Made by a program: the position numbers and the translations under genes. Shown one piece after another: positions 9,270 to 19,283 of a stretch of 64,000 nt of DNA. A model generated the notes under the pieces. That model saw only the letters and a program-made list of their open reading frames with translations. It had not been told where the DNA came from and made no database searches. This DNA comes from Fidelibacterota bacterium (GTDB lineage Bacteria > Fidelibacterota > Marinisomatia > Marinisomatales > Marinisomataceae), in the NCBI GenBank assembly GCA_018672235.1, contig JABHGE010000003.1, positions 3,699-67,698 of the forward strand. The letters are read 5' to 3'. Position 1 is the first letter of the stretch; each line of letters opens with the position of its first letter.

Positions 9270-9912
9270 GAAATATAAGCACATAATTTGGGATTGGAAT
9301 GGAACTTTATTGAATGATACTTCCCTATGTGCGCAGATTTTAAATGACTCTTTAAGAAAGCGCTCTATCCCTGAAATAACTGTTCAACAGTATAAAGAAA
9401 AATTTCTTTTTCCGATTAAAACATTTTACGAATCGATAGGATTTGATTTTGATAAAGAGCCATTTGACAATTCTAACAATGAATTTAATACAGGCTTTGC
9501 AAATCAATTTAAATCGATAGCTCTACAGCCATTTGCAAAAGATACTATTATACAATTTTCTGAACAAAAAATTATGCAAACTATTCTCTCTGCTAGTCGT
9601 GACGACAGACTAAAAGAGCAGGTAGATTTTTTTGATTTAACGCCATATCTACAACATGTTATCGGTACGACTAATTTATATGCTCATGGAAAAGAATATG
9701 AGGGAGAAGAATTGCTTTTAACTTTAGATATTCCAGCAGAAGAAACAATTATTATAGGGGACACCTTGCTGGACTTTAATGTTGCCCAATACTTAAAAAT
9801 TGATTGTGCTTTAGTCTCTCATGGGCACAATGATATCAAGAGACTCAAGGAAACTGGAGCATTTGTTTTTTCAGATATTCAAGAATTTTATAATTGGATT
9901 ATAACAACCTAG
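9268..9912 (+). CDS. HAD-superfamily hydrolase (phosphoglycolate-phosphatase-like)
   Basis: 214 aa. Motif I is IIWDWNGTL, a DxN variant of DxD. The cap region is followed by GDTLLD (motif IV-like). Confidence 0.68.
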   Translation: MKYKHIIWDWNGTLLNDTSLCAQILNDSLRKRSIPEITVQQYKEKFLFPIKTFYESIGFDFDKEPFDNSNNEFNTGFANQFKSIALQPFAKDTIIQFSEQKIMQTILSASRDDRLKEQVDFFDLTPYLQHVIGTTNLYAHGKEYEGEELLLTLDIPAEETIIIGDTLLDFNVAQYLKIDCALVSHGHNDIKRLKETGAFVFSDIQEFYNWIITT

Positions 9913-10661
9913 GTTGTTAATCCTCCATCTACTACAAACATCGATCCAGTAATAAAATCTGATGCATCTGAAGCTAGATATAGAGCCATACCTGATATGT
10001 CCTCGGGCTCTCCCATTCTGCCTTGTGGAATTGATTTAATAATTTCATTATATACTGAATCATTCTGCCATAAAGCTTTACTAAAATCAGTTTTAATTAA
10101 TCCTGGAGCTAAAGTATTAACTTGAATATTTGATGCTGCCATCTCTTTAGCTAGTACTTTGGTTAACATCACAACCGCAGCTTTACTAATATTATATACT
10201 CCCAATCCATCTAATGGAGTTTTTGCTGCGATAGATGCGATATTAATAATTTTACCATATTGATGATTCTGCATAGACTCGCTGCATATTTTTATAAAAT
10301 TAAAGTATCCTTTTACATTAATATCCCAAATTTTTTCCCAATGACTATCTTCTGATTTTAAGATGGGTCCATAATAAGGATTTGCTGCTGCATTATTGAC
10401 TAAAATATCTACTTTATTAAATTGATCTATAGTTTTATCTACAACATTCTTTATTGATGTCACATCCCCTGTATTACATTCTATCCCAACGATACTAAGT
10501 CCAGATGACTTGGCTTCTGCCACGGCATTATCTAGATTGTCTTTCTTTCTACTACAAATCACAACATTGGCACCTGCTTCTGCATATTTGAATGCAATCG
10601 CTTTACCAATTCCCTTCGAACCCCCAGAAACAATCGCTGTTTTATCTTTTAAGTTAAACAT
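9909..10661 (-). CDS. SDR-family oxidoreductase (classical short-chain dehydrogenase)
   Basis: 250 aa. It has the TGGSKGIG cofactor motif, NNAA, and the YNISKAA catalytic YxxxK. Confidence 0.85.
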   Translation of the reverse strand: MFNLKDKTAIVSGGSKGIGKAIAFKYAEAGANVVICSRKKDNLDNAVAEAKSSGLSIVGIECNTGDVTSIKNVVDKTIDQFNKVDILVNNAAANPYYGPILKSEDSHWEKIWDINVKGYFNFIKICSESMQNHQYGKIINIASIAAKTPLDGLGVYNISKAAVVMLTKVLAKEMAASNIQVNTLAPGLIKTDFSKALWQNDSVYNEIIKSIPQGRMGEPEDISGMALYLASDASDFITGSMFVVDGGLTT

Positions 10662-11510
10662 CTATTTTTTCTTTCTTCGTTCTGCCATCGCTTTCCACAT
10701 TGAATCTGGTAATTTAGTTAAATCGCTAAATTCAGCTGCTCCGGCAATCCACTCACCTCCGTCGATAGTAACTACTTCGCCATTGATATATGCAGAACCA
10801 TCGCTCATAAGATATGATGCAAGATTTTCAAGCTCATGACGTTCACCAAATCTTTTCATTGGAATATTATTTTTCATATTATCTTCATAGTCATCAAAAC
10901 CTGGAGGCATTAAACGCGACCAGGCTCCTTCGGTTGGAAATGGCCCTGGTGCTATCGCATTAAATCGAATATTATGTTTACCCCACTCTACCGCTAAAGA
11001 TCGAGTCATTGCTAATACGCCTGCTTTCCCTGCTGCGGAAGGAACTACAAAAGGTGACCCCGTCCATGCATATGTTGTAACAATACTAAGTACATTACCT
11101 TTTTTATTTTTAATCATTTCTTTTCCAACAGTACTAATACAATTCCATGTTCCCATTAGAACGATGTCAATAACTGTCTTAAATGCATTAGGACTTAACA
11201 TTTCGGTTGGAGAAATAAAATTACCTGCTGCATTATTTAATAACCCATCAATTTTGCCAAATTTGTCAATTGCCTGCGAAGTCATTAGCTCAACATCTTC
11301 TAACTTTCTTACATCCCCCGGACAAGTTAATACATTGATACCTGTTTCAGAAAATTCTTGGGCAGTTTCTTCTAATACTTCTTTTCTTCGTCCACTAATA
11401 ACGACATTAGCGCCCAGCTCTCCAAATCTTCTAGACATACTCTTGCCTAGCCCAGTACCGCCACCAGTAATAATAATTGTTTGATCTTTAAGTAGCCCAT
11501 CTTTAAACAT
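10662..11510 (-). CDS. SDR-family oxidoreductase, 2,4-dienoyl-CoA-reductase-like
   Basis: 282 aa with TGGGTGLG and NNAAGNF motifs. The overall pattern resembles DECR/peroxisomal dienoyl-CoA reductases. It abuts the next SDR gene with 0 bp between them. Confidence 0.72.
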   Translation of the reverse strand: MFKDGLLKDQTIIITGGGTGLGKSMSRRFGELGANVVISGRRKEVLEETAQEFSETGINVLTCPGDVRKLEDVELMTSQAIDKFGKIDGLLNNAAGNFISPTEMLSPNAFKTVIDIVLMGTWNCISTVGKEMIKNKKGNVLSIVTTYAWTGSPFVVPSAAGKAGVLAMTRSLAVEWGKHNIRFNAIAPGPFPTEGAWSRLMPPGFDDYEDNMKNNIPMKRFGERHELENLASYLMSDGSAYINGEVVTIDGGEWIAGAAEFSDLTKLPDSMWKAMAERRKKK

Positions 11511-11520
11511 ATAAATTCCT

Positions 11521-11832
11521 TTATTTTAAATTATTTAAATTATCTTTTATGACATCTGTTTTTTCTTGCAAGGGTTCTAGTACATTATCTTTAATTAGAC
11601 TATTTACAGATTGTTCAATTTCTTGTGATTGATTTTTAATCGTATCTAAATCTGGCAAAGGCTGATCAGTAAAAATAAGATATGCACAATATATAATGAA
11701 TAATGTAATCCCTAATGTCACTAATTTGAATAAGCGTTTTATGACACTAAATGCAATCATTGCCATCAGAACAATGGTTACAGCTAAGTATGCTGGATTA
11801 CTAGAAATGCTATTTAACAGATTCTCTAACAT
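11521..11832 (-). CDS. hypothetical membrane protein
   Basis: 103 aa with two predicted TM helices, then an acidic, Q/N-rich C-terminal helix. I recognise no family. Confidence 0.4.
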   Translation of the reverse strand: MLENLLNSISSNPAYLAVTIVLMAMIAFSVIKRLFKLVTLGITLFIIYCAYLIFTDQPLPDLDTIKNQSQEIEQSVNSLIKDNVLEPLQEKTDVIKDNLNNLK

Positions 11833-11869
11833 TGTAGCAATTTATACATTAGATTTCTACTTTACAAAG

Positions 11870-14800
11870 ATGAAACAAAAATCAATAAGATTCGTTAAAG
11901 ATTATATGGTTAAAAAAGGATTTGTTTTATGCTTCATGTGTTCTTTTATATTCAGCCAAGATAAACTTTTACTCAAACAGGCTGATATTCTCACATCTTC
12001 TACCACTGAATCTGAAACCATTACAAAATTAGATGGAAATGTTGTGTTTCAAAAGACAGACACGATTTTAAAGGGTAACTTTGCAAATCAATCTAATCAA
12101 AATTCAATAATCAATTTATATGGTGATGTCTCTATTGAGCAGCCTAATCAAACTATCTATTGTGACTCGCTCTCATATGATAGCGATACTGAATTTTTTT
12201 CAATGTATGGTCATATTAAAATCAAAAATGGTTCTCGATTAATTAGTGCAGACAAAGCTACGCTAGACCAAAATTCTAATCAAATTAACTTGATAGAAAA
12301 TTGTGAAATAAGCGAAAAAAATAACAACAAAGTATATGGTGATAAAATAATACTAGATTTTAAAGATGAATCTTTACAGTCTTTGAGAGTATTGTCAAAT
12401 GGTACGATTCTTACTCAAAACTCTGGCTATGAGAAGATTGATAATCAACTACAGATAATAGAGAATGAGGATATCCTGAAAGGTGAAACTATTTTTGCTA
12501 GCTTTCAAAATGATACAATTAAAACTATAGAAATAGTAGGAATGGCCTCTACACTAATCCATCTTTATAACGATTCTCTTTATGATGGTATTAATGAAAT
12601 ATCGGGAGATAAAATTATCTTAGATATTCAAAATGATTCTGCAAAAAAATTGATAGCCGAAGGTGGAATTGTTGGTCGATATATTCCAAATGATTCCAAT
12701 CAAAGTATTCAAGAAGAAATTGACTATACTGCAAATCGTGTAGAATTTGAAGTAGAAAAAAAGATATCTGAAATGTATGGGGTGGTCAAAATTTTACATG
12801 ATAGAATGGATCTATCTGCTGCTCATATCAATGTTGACTGGAGCACTAATGTTCTAGAAGCTTTTAGCGATAACCCATTCAACGAAGAAGAAGTCAATAA
12901 GCCTATACTGATAGAAAATAATCGAGAGCCAATGACTGGGGATACGATGGTATATAATATCAAATCTAGAAAAGGTAAAGTATTGATGGGCGAAAGTCGT
13001 ATACAAGAAAATGTATACATGGGTAGTCAAATTACTAGTGTTACAGATAGTACTTTTTACATAGATGATTGTATATTTACTTCATGTGATCCGTCTAAAT
13101 TTTATATCGGAAGCAAGCAGGTAAAGATTATTTATGGTGATAAAGTCATCGCTAAACCCCTCAGTATTTTTATTGGCGGTGTACCAATTATAGGTATTCC
13201 AATTGCTATTTTCCCTCATTCCTCAAGCGAAAGAAGGTCTGGCTGGATTATGCCTTCATTTGGTTCGTCAGAAAATCGTGGGAACTATTTAGATGGCCTA
13301 GGATACTATTTTGCTGTAAATGACTATATAGGCTCTGAAAATTCTCTTATCTTCGCAGATAGGCAAGGGTTGATAATCAAGTCAAAGAATGTTTATAAAG
13401 ATCGCTATCGCTTTAATGGGATATTTAATTTTGAAGTTCGAAAACATCTAGGAGACGGAGAAAGTGATATTGCTCAAATTGGTAAAAACAACAAAACTGA
13501 CTATTCTTTTGACTGGAATCATAGTCAGATCTTAAGAAACAACCAAACCTTTAGAGGTTCAGCTAGTTATTATAGTAATGGAGAATACAATAGAGAAACA
13601 AGTATTGATCCAATTAAAAGACTTAACCAGCAAGCAATATCAAATATTACCTACACCAAAAGATGGAAAACGCCTAATATATCTATCAGTGTTAATGCTT
13701 CTAATAAGCAAGATTTGATGTCTCAAAACAAGGTTGACACAAGCTCCTCTTTTTATCAAACGCCTTCGAGCTTATCTTCTACCATAACAGAAGATACTAG
13801 CACCTTACCATCTATAAATCTTAGAGTAGCTAGGAGAAAATTATTTAAAAATAAATCTCAAGATTCATGGTTGGGGAATATTCAATGGGACTATAATTCA
13901 CGTATAGTAAATAATTCTAAAAATTTCTATGAAGCAGAAGAGTCGCTAGATGAAGATGGAACTATAGCTTATAGATGGAAACAGAATACATCTGGCAATC
14001 CTGAAAGTTCAAACAAATTAGATGCTATGTTTAAAAATGCTTTTTCTATAAATGCTCCCTTTACTGCTTTCAAATATATCGCTATCAATCCAAGCATTAA
14101 GATGAATTCAGATTTTGTGAATCGATATAGAGTAGCAGAATATGATGATACAGACATATTGAACTTTAGATATGAAGATGCTATTAAAAATAGAACAACC
14201 GGGAATTTAGGACTATCATTGTCGACTAAAATTTATGGAATTTTACCAATACGCTTTAATAAGATTCAATCTGTAAGGCATGTAATGACTCCAAGTATGC
14301 GCTTTAATTTTTCTCCAGACTATTTAAGCAACGACAGTTATTTTCAATCATTTAATGATGAATACTATGATTATTTTAGTAATTCTATTATTGGATCTAC
14401 CCCTACCATAAGTACTAAAAAATTAAGCCTTTCTCTTAGCAATGTTTTCCAAGCAAAAATTAAAAAGAACGACAAAGAAGAAAAGATTAACATTCTTTCA
14501 TGGGGAATATCAAGTGGATATAATTTTAATGCAGAAACATTCAAGCTATCTAATATTAGTTCATCACTTAGAAGCAATTTGAAAAATGGCGTTTCTATTG
14601 ATGCTCATTTAACGCATGATTTATATAAATTTGATGACACTACTCAAACCAGAATTAATGAATTAGACAATTTCCCTAGATTAACCGGCGTAAGGTTAGC
14701 AACTAATTTTACATTGCGAAGTAAAACGCAGAGCTCCAATGAAGAATCAGAAAAAGAATTGTCAGATAGAACTAAAGCCTTTTTAACGGACCTATCTACT

Positions 14801-15139
14801 AATACTTGGCAAAGTAAGATTGGCATTAGCTATACTGTGAATAAAATTAATCCTTCAAATACCATTGAAAATTTTTGGATTAACACTAACACTAGTGTAA
14901 ATGTAACTCAAAATTGGAAATTAAATTATAATGCACGTTTCAGTATTAGCGATAAAGATATAGTTCGACATAATATTACCCTATATAGAGAAATAGATTG
15001 TTGGGAATTATTTATGGACTGGACCCCTACAGGTTATGCAAAAGGACTTTATTTTAGATTAAATTTAAAATCTGATATACTGAAAGATTTGAAAGTAGAA
15101 CAAAAAACTGGATTATATAAGACTAGGTCAAGTTTTTAG
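11870..15139 (+). CDS. LptD-like LPS-assembly outer-membrane protein (OstA-like N-domain plus large beta-barrel)
   Basis: The start was moved to MKQKS at 11870 (11906 is also possible) because the ORF-track start at 11696 overlaps the opposite-strand gene. There is a signal-like segment (FVLCFMCSFIFSQ) and repeated OstA-type beta-jellyroll strings (LDGNVVFQKTDTILKGNFA..., IYCDSLSYDS...). An aromatic-rich barrel of about 700 aa ends in YKTRSSF. Confidence 0.6.
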   Translation: MKQKSIRFVKDYMVKKGFVLCFMCSFIFSQDKLLLKQADILTSSTTESETITKLDGNVVFQKTDTILKGNFANQSNQNSIINLYGDVSIEQPNQTIYCDSLSYDSDTEFFSMYGHIKIKNGSRLISADKATLDQNSNQINLIENCEISEKNNNKVYGDKIILDFKDESLQSLRVLSNGTILTQNSGYEKIDNQLQIIENEDILKGETIFASFQNDTIKTIEIVGMASTLIHLYNDSLYDGINEISGDKIILDIQNDSAKKLIAEGGIVGRYIPNDSNQSIQEEIDYTANRVEFEVEKKISEMYGVVKILHDRMDLSAAHINVDWSTNVLEAFSDNPFNEEEVNKPILIENNREPMTGDTMVYNIKSRKGKVLMGESRIQENVYMGSQITSVTDSTFYIDDCIFTSCDPSKFYIGSKQVKIIYGDKVIAKPLSIFIGGVPIIGIPIAIFPHSSSERRSGWIMPSFGSSENRGNYLDGLGYYFAVNDYIGSENSLIFADRQGLIIKSKNVYKDRYRFNGIFNFEVRKHLGDGESDIAQIGKNNKTDYSFDWNHSQILRNNQTFRGSASYYSNGEYNRETSIDPIKRLNQQAISNITYTKRWKTPNISISVNASNKQDLMSQNKVDTSSSFYQTPSSLSSTITEDTSTLPSINLRVARRKLFKNKSQDSWLGNIQWDYNSRIVNNSKNFYEAEESLDEDGTIAYRWKQNTSGNPESSNKLDAMFKNAFSINAPFTAFKYIAINPSIKMNSDFVNRYRVAEYDDTDILNFRYEDAIKNRTTGNLGLSLSTKIYGILPIRFNKIQSVRHVMTPSMRFNFSPDYLSNDSYFQSFNDEYYDYFSNSIIGSTPTISTKKLSLSLSNVFQAKIKKNDKEEKINILSWGISSGYNFNAETFKLSNISSSLRSNLKNGVSIDAHLTHDLYKFDDTTQTRINELDNFPRLTGVRLATNFTLRSKTQSSNEESEKELSDRTKAFLTDLSTNTWQSKIGISYTVNKINPSNTIENFWINTNTSVNVTQNWKLNYNARFSISDKDIVRHNITLYREIDCWELFMDWTPTGYAKGLYFRLNLKSDILKDLKVEQKTGLYKTRSSF

Positions 15140-15174
15140 GTGTTATTGCTTAAAAAAATTATTAATGTTGTTTT

Positions 15175-16407
15175 GTGAAATCTAAATATCAAAAAATTAA
15201 AGGTACCTTTGATATTCTTCCTCCTGATACGCAATTGTGGAAAGAAGTTGAAAATATCCTTCATAGCATAAGTGAACAATTTAGTTATGAAGAAATACGT
15301 ACCCCTGCACTTGAATCTATTAATCTATTTCAACAAAATGTTGGATATGAAACTGATGTATCAAAAGAAATGTTTGCTTGGGAGGATCAGTCTAACCAAC
15401 AAGTGGCATTAAAGCCTGAAATGACTGCGCCAGTAGTACGTGCTTATATTGAAAGTGGATTTTTTAGAAGTAATCCATTATGTCGCTTATACTATATCGA
15501 CTCTCTTTTCAGAAGAGAAAAGCCTCAAAAAGGTAGGCAGCGTCAATTTAACCAATTTGGTGTCGAAGCATTTGGTTCTTCTAGTATAGAACAAGATGTT
15601 GAAGTTATTCTCATGGCTACAACTTGCCTGAAGGCGCTCAGTATTAATGAAACCATATTACATATAAATAATATTGGTTCACCAGAAACTAGAATAAAAT
15701 ATGAGCAGCTATTAAAAAAATATTTCTCACAAAATATTAAAGCTCTATCAGGTCTTTCTCAAAAAAGGCTGGATTCAAATCCAATCCGTATCCTTGATAG
15801 CAAGGAAAAGGAAGACAAACTTATTATTCAAAATGCACCTTTTATTAAAGAATTACTCACAGCCAAAGAAGTTGAAAATTTTAATACTCTATTAGCTAAT
15901 CTTGATGCATTGAATATTCAGTATGTAGAGAGTCCACACTTAGTGCGTGGACTAGACTACTACAATGGAACTACCTTCGAGATCACTACTGAAAGTGACA
16001 AATCGCAAAATGCATTATGTGGTGGTGGACGATATGACTTTTTAGTAGAGCAAATGGGTGGTCCATCAACTCCGGCAATTGGATTTGCAGCTGGAATTGA
16101 GCGCATGATTATTGAATCAAAACATCAGATTAAAAAGAATGCTATTGATATATATATTAGCTGTAATGAATCAATAAATAGTCAAAAATGTTTTGCTCTA
16201 ATACAAAATTTAATAGAAAATGATTATAAAATATTTTTTGACACAAATAAAAAGAATCCTAAAAATCAAATCAAAGATGCATTAAAAAGAAACGCATCAT
16301 TTATATTAATGGTAGATCAAAATATGACCATAAAAAATATTAAGTCTAATGAAGAAAGTGCTGTTGCTGACTTTCAACAATTGCTTAATTTCCTAACGTT
16401 ACAATAA
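15175..16407 (+). CDS. hisS: histidine--tRNA ligase
   Basis: 410 aa with a GTG start. Class II motifs are present: RLYYIDSLFRREKPQKGRQRQFNQFGVE, GGGRYD and GFAAGIERM. Confidence 0.9.
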   Translation: MKSKYQKIKGTFDILPPDTQLWKEVENILHSISEQFSYEEIRTPALESINLFQQNVGYETDVSKEMFAWEDQSNQQVALKPEMTAPVVRAYIESGFFRSNPLCRLYYIDSLFRREKPQKGRQRQFNQFGVEAFGSSSIEQDVEVILMATTCLKALSINETILHINNIGSPETRIKYEQLLKKYFSQNIKALSGLSQKRLDSNPIRILDSKEKEDKLIIQNAPFIKELLTAKEVENFNTLLANLDALNIQYVESPHLVRGLDYYNGTTFEITTESDKSQNALCGGGRYDFLVEQMGGPSTPAIGFAAGIERMIIESKHQIKKNAIDIYISCNESINSQKCFALIQNLIENDYKIFFDTNKKNPKNQIKDALKRNASFILMVDQNMTIKNIKSNEESAVADFQQLLNFLTLQ

Positions 16408-16436
16408 TTTATATTTACTAATAAATATAAATTTTT
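16408..16436 (+). terminator. weak all-AT hairpin plus T5 after hisS
   Basis: TTTATATTTA (16408-16417) pairs with TAAATATAAA (16422-16431), followed by TTTTT. The stem has no G-C pairs, so stability is low. It overlaps a TTGACA (16435-16440) upstream of topA. Confidence 0.3.
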
Positions 16437-16475
16437 GACAATTACTAATCAAACTATGTAAGTTGGCATCCTAAT

Positions 16476-18911
16476 ATGCCTAATCAAGAAAAACTATTAA
16501 TTATTGTTGAGTCGCCTTCTAAAACTAAGACGATTGCAAAGTATATTGACAATGCTTCTGTCATAGCAAGCGTTGGCCACTTCAAAGATTTACCAAAAAA
16601 AGAAATGGGTATTGATATTGAAAATGACTTCGCTATGAAGATTCAAACAATGCCTGATAGAAAAAAATTTATTACTCAATTAAAGGCTGAAGTGAAGCTA
16701 GCTGACAGAATTCTTATCGCTACAGACCCAGATAGAGAAGGTGAAGCAATTGCAGCTGACATAGCATCAGAAATTAAACAGAATATTGAGAGAGTAGAAT
16801 TTACTGAGATTACCAAAACAGCAGTACAGTCAGCTATAAAAAATAGTAGAGATATTAATTATGATTTAGTAGATGCTCAGAGAGCAAGACGTGCTATTGA
16901 TCGTATTGTAGGATTCACATTCTCTCCTGTTCTTTGGAAAACATTAAGATCTATAAAAAATACTGGCCTATCAGCAGGTAGAGTACAATCAGTAGCATTA
17001 AGGCTGTTAGTAGATCGCGAAAAAGATCGTAATAAATTTATAAAAAATACATTTTATTCAATCGAAGTTGATTTAAAAGAAGAAAGTCATATTGAAACAT
17101 TTAAAGCTAAACTGGTTTCATATGATGGTCAAACTATAGCAAAGGGTGACGACTTTGGCAAGTTTTCTAGCGGATTAAAAAACGATAAATTGCTTTTAAT
17201 TGATGGAGAAAAAGCTAAAGAAATTAAAACAGATACTGAAAGCAATAATTGGGAGATTAGTAGCATTGAATCTAAACCTACCTCTAGTTCTCCTGCTCCA
17301 CCATTTACAACCAGCACTCTTCAACAAGACGCTTCTAGGAGATTTGGATATTCTCCTAAAAAAACAATGATGGTTGCCCAAAAATTATATGAGCAAGGAT
17401 TTATTACTTATATGAGAACTGATTCTACAAATCTTTCCAAAGAAGCTTTGGCCGCATCGAAAAAATTTATTTTAGATAAATTTGGTAAAGATTTTTTACC
17501 AGATTCTTCCAATGTATATAAAAGCAAGGTAGCTAATGCGCAAGAAGCTCATGAAGCTATTAGGCCTGCAGGAACTACGTTCCAAGAGCCAGCTAAAATA
17601 TTAAGCAGTGTTGGATCAGATGAAGGAAAATTATATGGTTTAATCTTGAACAGAACATTGGCATCTCAGATGAAGCCTGCGCAATACATTAGAACAAATA
17701 TTGCACTTAAAAATGGCAAATCTATGTACAAAGCAAGTGGTAATATCACAACATTTAAAGGGTATACAGCAGTTTATGAGCAAGCACTTTCTAGAAATCA
17801 GAAAGCTATTGTTACTGCTCTACCTCCAATCGAAAATAATTCTAAGATTTTACATACGAATATAGATACTCTTGAAAAAAACACTACACCCCCGAGAAGA
17901 TTTTCAGAAGCTATGCTTGTAAAAGAAATGGAAGCTAGGGGTATTGGACGTCCATCTACTTATTCAGCTATATTAGATAAGCTTGTAAAAAAAGAATACG
18001 TAGTTAAGCAAAACAAAGCTCTTATTCCTACCTTTGTTGGGATTGCCGTTACTCAATTATTAGAAAATCATTATTTATCATTATTTAATGAAAAATTTAC
18101 CGCCGGTATGGAGCAACAGCTAGATGCTATATCTAGATCTGAAAGTACTTATTTAAGTGTTCTACAAGAATTTTATAATGGTAAAGAAGATTATGCGGGC
18201 GTAGCTAAACTCTTAGAAGAAGAAATAGATATTGCAAAAGCATGTACTGTCAATATATCTGAAAAAACTAACATACGTATTGGAAAATTTGGACCATATG
18301 TAGAAAAAGATGGCACCAATGTCACAATACCACAAGACTTATTCCTGGGCGATTTAAATCAAGAGCAAATAGACAAGCTTAGCTCTATGCAAAAAGAAGA
18401 TAATATTATTGGAACATTCAATGGTGGAGAAAATATTCTTTTAAAAGTCGGACGTTATGGACCTTATGTAGAATTACAAGAAAGTAAAAAAAGAGCTTCT
18501 ATCCCAAAAGGTACCGCTAACGAAGATATAACAGAAAAAATGGCTTCAGACTTGTTAAGCTTACCAAAAACCCTGGGTAATCACCCTGATACTGGAGAAG
18601 ATATATTAGCTACTTTTGGTCCTTATGGCCCATATGTAAAATGTGGGAAGATTAATGCGTCTATGAAATCTACTGACAGCCCTCTAACTATCAGCTTAGA
18701 AGACGCTATTAAGCTTATTAAAGATAGAAAATTAAAATTTGAACCAACAATTCTAGGGTCTGATCCAAAAACAAAGAAGGATATTGCTATTAAAAGAGGT
18801 CGATTTGGGCCATATGTAACAGACGGGAAAAAGAATGTATCCCTTAAGGGATATACTATTGAAGATGTTACATTGGAAGAAGCCATTAAATTATTAGCAG
18901 AAAAAAAATGA
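16476..18911 (+). CDS. topA: DNA topoisomerase I (type IA) with Cys-free repeat C-terminal domain
   Basis: 811 aa. It has the TOPRIM motif LIIVESPSKTKT, the DPDREGE motif and the active-site Tyr context GFITYMRTDS. The C-terminal region carries four G(K/R)(F/Y)GPYV repeats and no CxxC zinc fingers. Confidence 0.95.
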   Translation: MPNQEKLLIIVESPSKTKTIAKYIDNASVIASVGHFKDLPKKEMGIDIENDFAMKIQTMPDRKKFITQLKAEVKLADRILIATDPDREGEAIAADIASEIKQNIERVEFTEITKTAVQSAIKNSRDINYDLVDAQRARRAIDRIVGFTFSPVLWKTLRSIKNTGLSAGRVQSVALRLLVDREKDRNKFIKNTFYSIEVDLKEESHIETFKAKLVSYDGQTIAKGDDFGKFSSGLKNDKLLLIDGEKAKEIKTDTESNNWEISSIESKPTSSSPAPPFTTSTLQQDASRRFGYSPKKTMMVAQKLYEQGFITYMRTDSTNLSKEALAASKKFILDKFGKDFLPDSSNVYKSKVANAQEAHEAIRPAGTTFQEPAKILSSVGSDEGKLYGLILNRTLASQMKPAQYIRTNIALKNGKSMYKASGNITTFKGYTAVYEQALSRNQKAIVTALPPIENNSKILHTNIDTLEKNTTPPRRFSEAMLVKEMEARGIGRPSTYSAILDKLVKKEYVVKQNKALIPTFVGIAVTQLLENHYLSLFNEKFTAGMEQQLDAISRSESTYLSVLQEFYNGKEDYAGVAKLLEEEIDIAKACTVNISEKTNIRIGKFGPYVEKDGTNVTIPQDLFLGDLNQEQIDKLSSMQKEDNIIGTFNGGENILLKVGRYGPYVELQESKKRASIPKGTANEDITEKMASDLLSLPKTLGNHPDTGEDILATFGPYGPYVKCGKINASMKSTDSPLTISLEDAIKLIKDRKLKFEPTILGSDPKTKKDIAIKRGRFGPYVTDGKKNVSLKGYTIEDVTLEEAIKLLAEKK

Positions 18912-19261
18912 CAAAAAAAGTTTTTTTAATCCTATGCACCTTCACTTTTCTCTTTAGCTTTCAGTCTTCATTGGAAGATCGTCTATACTCTTTAAACCGA
19001 CAATTAATGTGTCCAATATGTGATGGACTTACCTTAGAACAATCTCAAGCAAGTGTGGCTGTAGAAATGCGATCAGAAATTAGAAAAATGGTTATCAAAG
19101 GAATGAGTGATCAAGAGATCAAAGATTATTATGTAGAAAAATATGGCTTATATATATTGGCAAATCCTCCAAAAAATGGATTTGATTCTCTAGTTTTTAT
19201 TGCTCCATTACTGTTTGGATTGCTTGGATTAATAATATTGTACAAGTATTTATTTTCTTAA
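18908..19261 (+). CDS. ccmH: cytochrome c maturation protein CcmH/NrfF family
   Basis: 117 aa with a signal peptide. The LMCPICDGLTLEQSQASVAVEMRSEIRKMV motif (CxxC) is followed by a C-terminal TM. Its start overlaps the topA stop as ATGA. Confidence 0.75.
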   Translation: MTKKVFLILCTFTFLFSFQSSLEDRLYSLNRQLMCPICDGLTLEQSQASVAVEMRSEIRKMVIKGMSDQEIKDYYVEKYGLYILANPPKNGFDSLVFIAPLLFGLLGLIILYKYLFS

Positions 19262-19283
19262 CTACTATACTTAAATTATTTAG

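Noticed and set aside
10510-11484. Plus-strand ORFs of about 106-109 aa antisense to the two SDR genes, plus similar ORFs at 39845-40735 antisense to carB
   Set aside because: These are typical shadow ORFs opposite conserved genes. They are P/S/I-rich and have no start signals.
11696-11869. N-terminal 58 codons of the ORF-track LptD-like ORF
   Set aside because: This part overlaps the minus-strand membrane protein gene (11521-11832) and encodes no signal peptide. A Met followed by a signal-like hydrophobic segment occurs at 11870/11906.
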